A stretch of 63,920 nt of DNA, the filler included, from Octopus bimaculoides (Eukaryota): NCBI RefSeq assembly GCF_001194135.2. It is 7 parts of 7 records of this genome, joined end to end, with 100 filler letters (N's around TTAATTAATTAA, not from the genome) between each part and the next. Parts side by side here need not be neighbours in the genome. Positions count along the whole stretch, not along the records: positions 62,821 to 63,920 come from NW_026297970.1; 6 more parts are not named here. One strand, written 5' to 3'. The stretch's first letter is position 1. The number at the start of each line of letters is the position of its first letter. Below are positions 62,721 to 63,920 of this stretch, piece after piece. The position numbers were made by a program, and so were the translations under genes. A model generated the notes under the pieces. It was not told where the DNA came from. It worked only from the letters and a program-made list of their open reading frames with translations, and did no database searches.

Positions 62721-63104
62721 NNNNNNNNNNNNNNNNNNNNNNNNNNNNNNNNNNNNNNNNNNNNTTAATTAATTAANNNNNNNNNNNNNNNNNNNNNNNN
62801 NNNNNNNNNNNNNNNNNNNNAACTTGTGGTGCAATCGGTTGCAGGATGGAGTACGTTGGTCATGTTGACTGGCTTTTTGTCATAAATAAGTCTGACAACT
62901 GTTTGCTTTCACCAATACTTTACGCAGATTGAAGCAATGACAAGAGGGTCTTCAGTATACCTGAAATGTGAAGGAAACAGATGATGGATAATAAAACAAA
63001 TAATAAATGGCGAATTGAATGTAATGTAATAAATGGTAATATATGTGTGTTTAGTTGTAATCCTGTAATCAGCATAGAGGTGTTCCTAGGGTCTGCCTGT
63101 ATGA

Positions 63105-63300
63105 CTATGATATCAACAAAAGTCAAGTACAGAGGTTTATATTTGGTTAGGTAGTTCTCCTACCTAGTTGTTTTACCAGAAATATAGCATCACTGGTGCT
63201 TCTTCCTGATACAAAACCAAATTGCATCTCATCTCGATTAACTCTCTTCCTAATCAGTTGGCCTATGATCCCCTCTGTGACTTTCATCATCTGAAGAAAT
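63105..63300 (-). mobile_element. RTE LINE reverse-transcriptase fragment
   Basis: rc QMMKVTEGIIGQLIRKRVNRDEMQFGFVSGRSTSDAIFLVKQL/ENYLTKYKPLYLTFVDI. Confidence 0.8.
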
Positions 63301-63694
63301 TAGCGCCGGTGCAATCACTATTTTTAAAGCACACATCATGCATATGTTAACATAGTATCAATGAGAAAGTGCTCGATTTTTTAAAATTGAAAATAGAGTC
63401 CAATATTACAAGAGATCGATGTCTATCTATATACATACATATATGCGGGGTAGTCATGTACTTTCTCTGCAGCAACACACCTCTATCATACTACAGCTGA
63501 GGATGAAGCCACCTCTCTCACTACTAGCAATCTACTCTGCCTTGAAATTTACTTGGTAATTTTACTAGTGTCAGTGTTACCAAAACTTTTACTCAGACAT
63601 AGAGAACCATGTCAAAACACACATTAGAGCTAAGTGTAGTAATTCGTCNNNNNNNNNNACATAGAGAACCATGTCAAAACACACATTAGAGCTA

Positions 63695-63776
63695 AGTGTA
63701 GTAATTCGTCTCAGATCATGTGAAATAGTCCAACCCATGACAGCATGGAAAACGAATGTTAAATGATGATGATGGT
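63695..63776 (+). mobile_element. RTE 3' tail remnant
   Basis: GTCCAACCCATGACAGCATGGAAAACGAATGTTAAATGATGATGATG, the same tail as the reverse complement of 45385-45440. Confidence 0.7.
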
Positions 63777-63920
63777 TACACATACACATTAACTGTATTT
63801 CTTATTTTCATTGCAATAATTAATTTGTATTATAAATAAAACATCAACTTCATTTCGCATGATAATGATCAGTTTGAGGACTTGTGGATGCAATGTACTG
63901 TGTGAGTATAAGGACAACTG

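Larger units (their letters stand above)
10352..63920 (+). other. Probable intron 1 of the GABA-B R2-like gene (extends past the window)
   Basis: GT donor at 10352. A by-eye search found no AG-TGY acceptor followed by an exon-2-like peptide (C..A.G...F.D....K..LFG..C). Exon 2 could be hidden in an N gap. Confidence 0.6.

Overview
AT-rich, microsatellite-dense animal genomic DNA from a gapped draft assembly. The tRNA-derived SINE families and repeat landscape suggest a coleoid cephalopod, probably an octopus (inference, not database-checked). Only one host coding exon is supportable: 10106-10351 (+), encoding a signal peptide plus the start of a class C GPCR Venus-flytrap domain most similar to GABA-B receptor subunit 2, ending at a phase-0 GT donor. 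No convincing exon 2 was found, so the remaining ~53 kb is probably intron 1. The rest is simple repeats, many SINE copies of about four families, and decayed transposons: two R4/Dong-like RLE LINE relics, RTE and CR1 relics, Penelope-like (GIY-YIG) elements, Tc1/mariner fragments, a hAT MITE, a Merlin element with long TIRs and a perfect 9-bp TSD, and a CsRn1-type Gypsy gag-protease. The most unusual signals are a decayed ~520-bp 18S rRNA fragment upstream of the gene, several minimal hammerhead-ribozyme-like motifs (one with a U3-A8 core covariation), a 77-nt near-perfect hairpin, inverted SINE pairs that could form dsRNA in the pre-mRNA, and a cryptic 20-bp tandem array. Most ORFs in the supplied track are translations of microsatellites or N-gaps.
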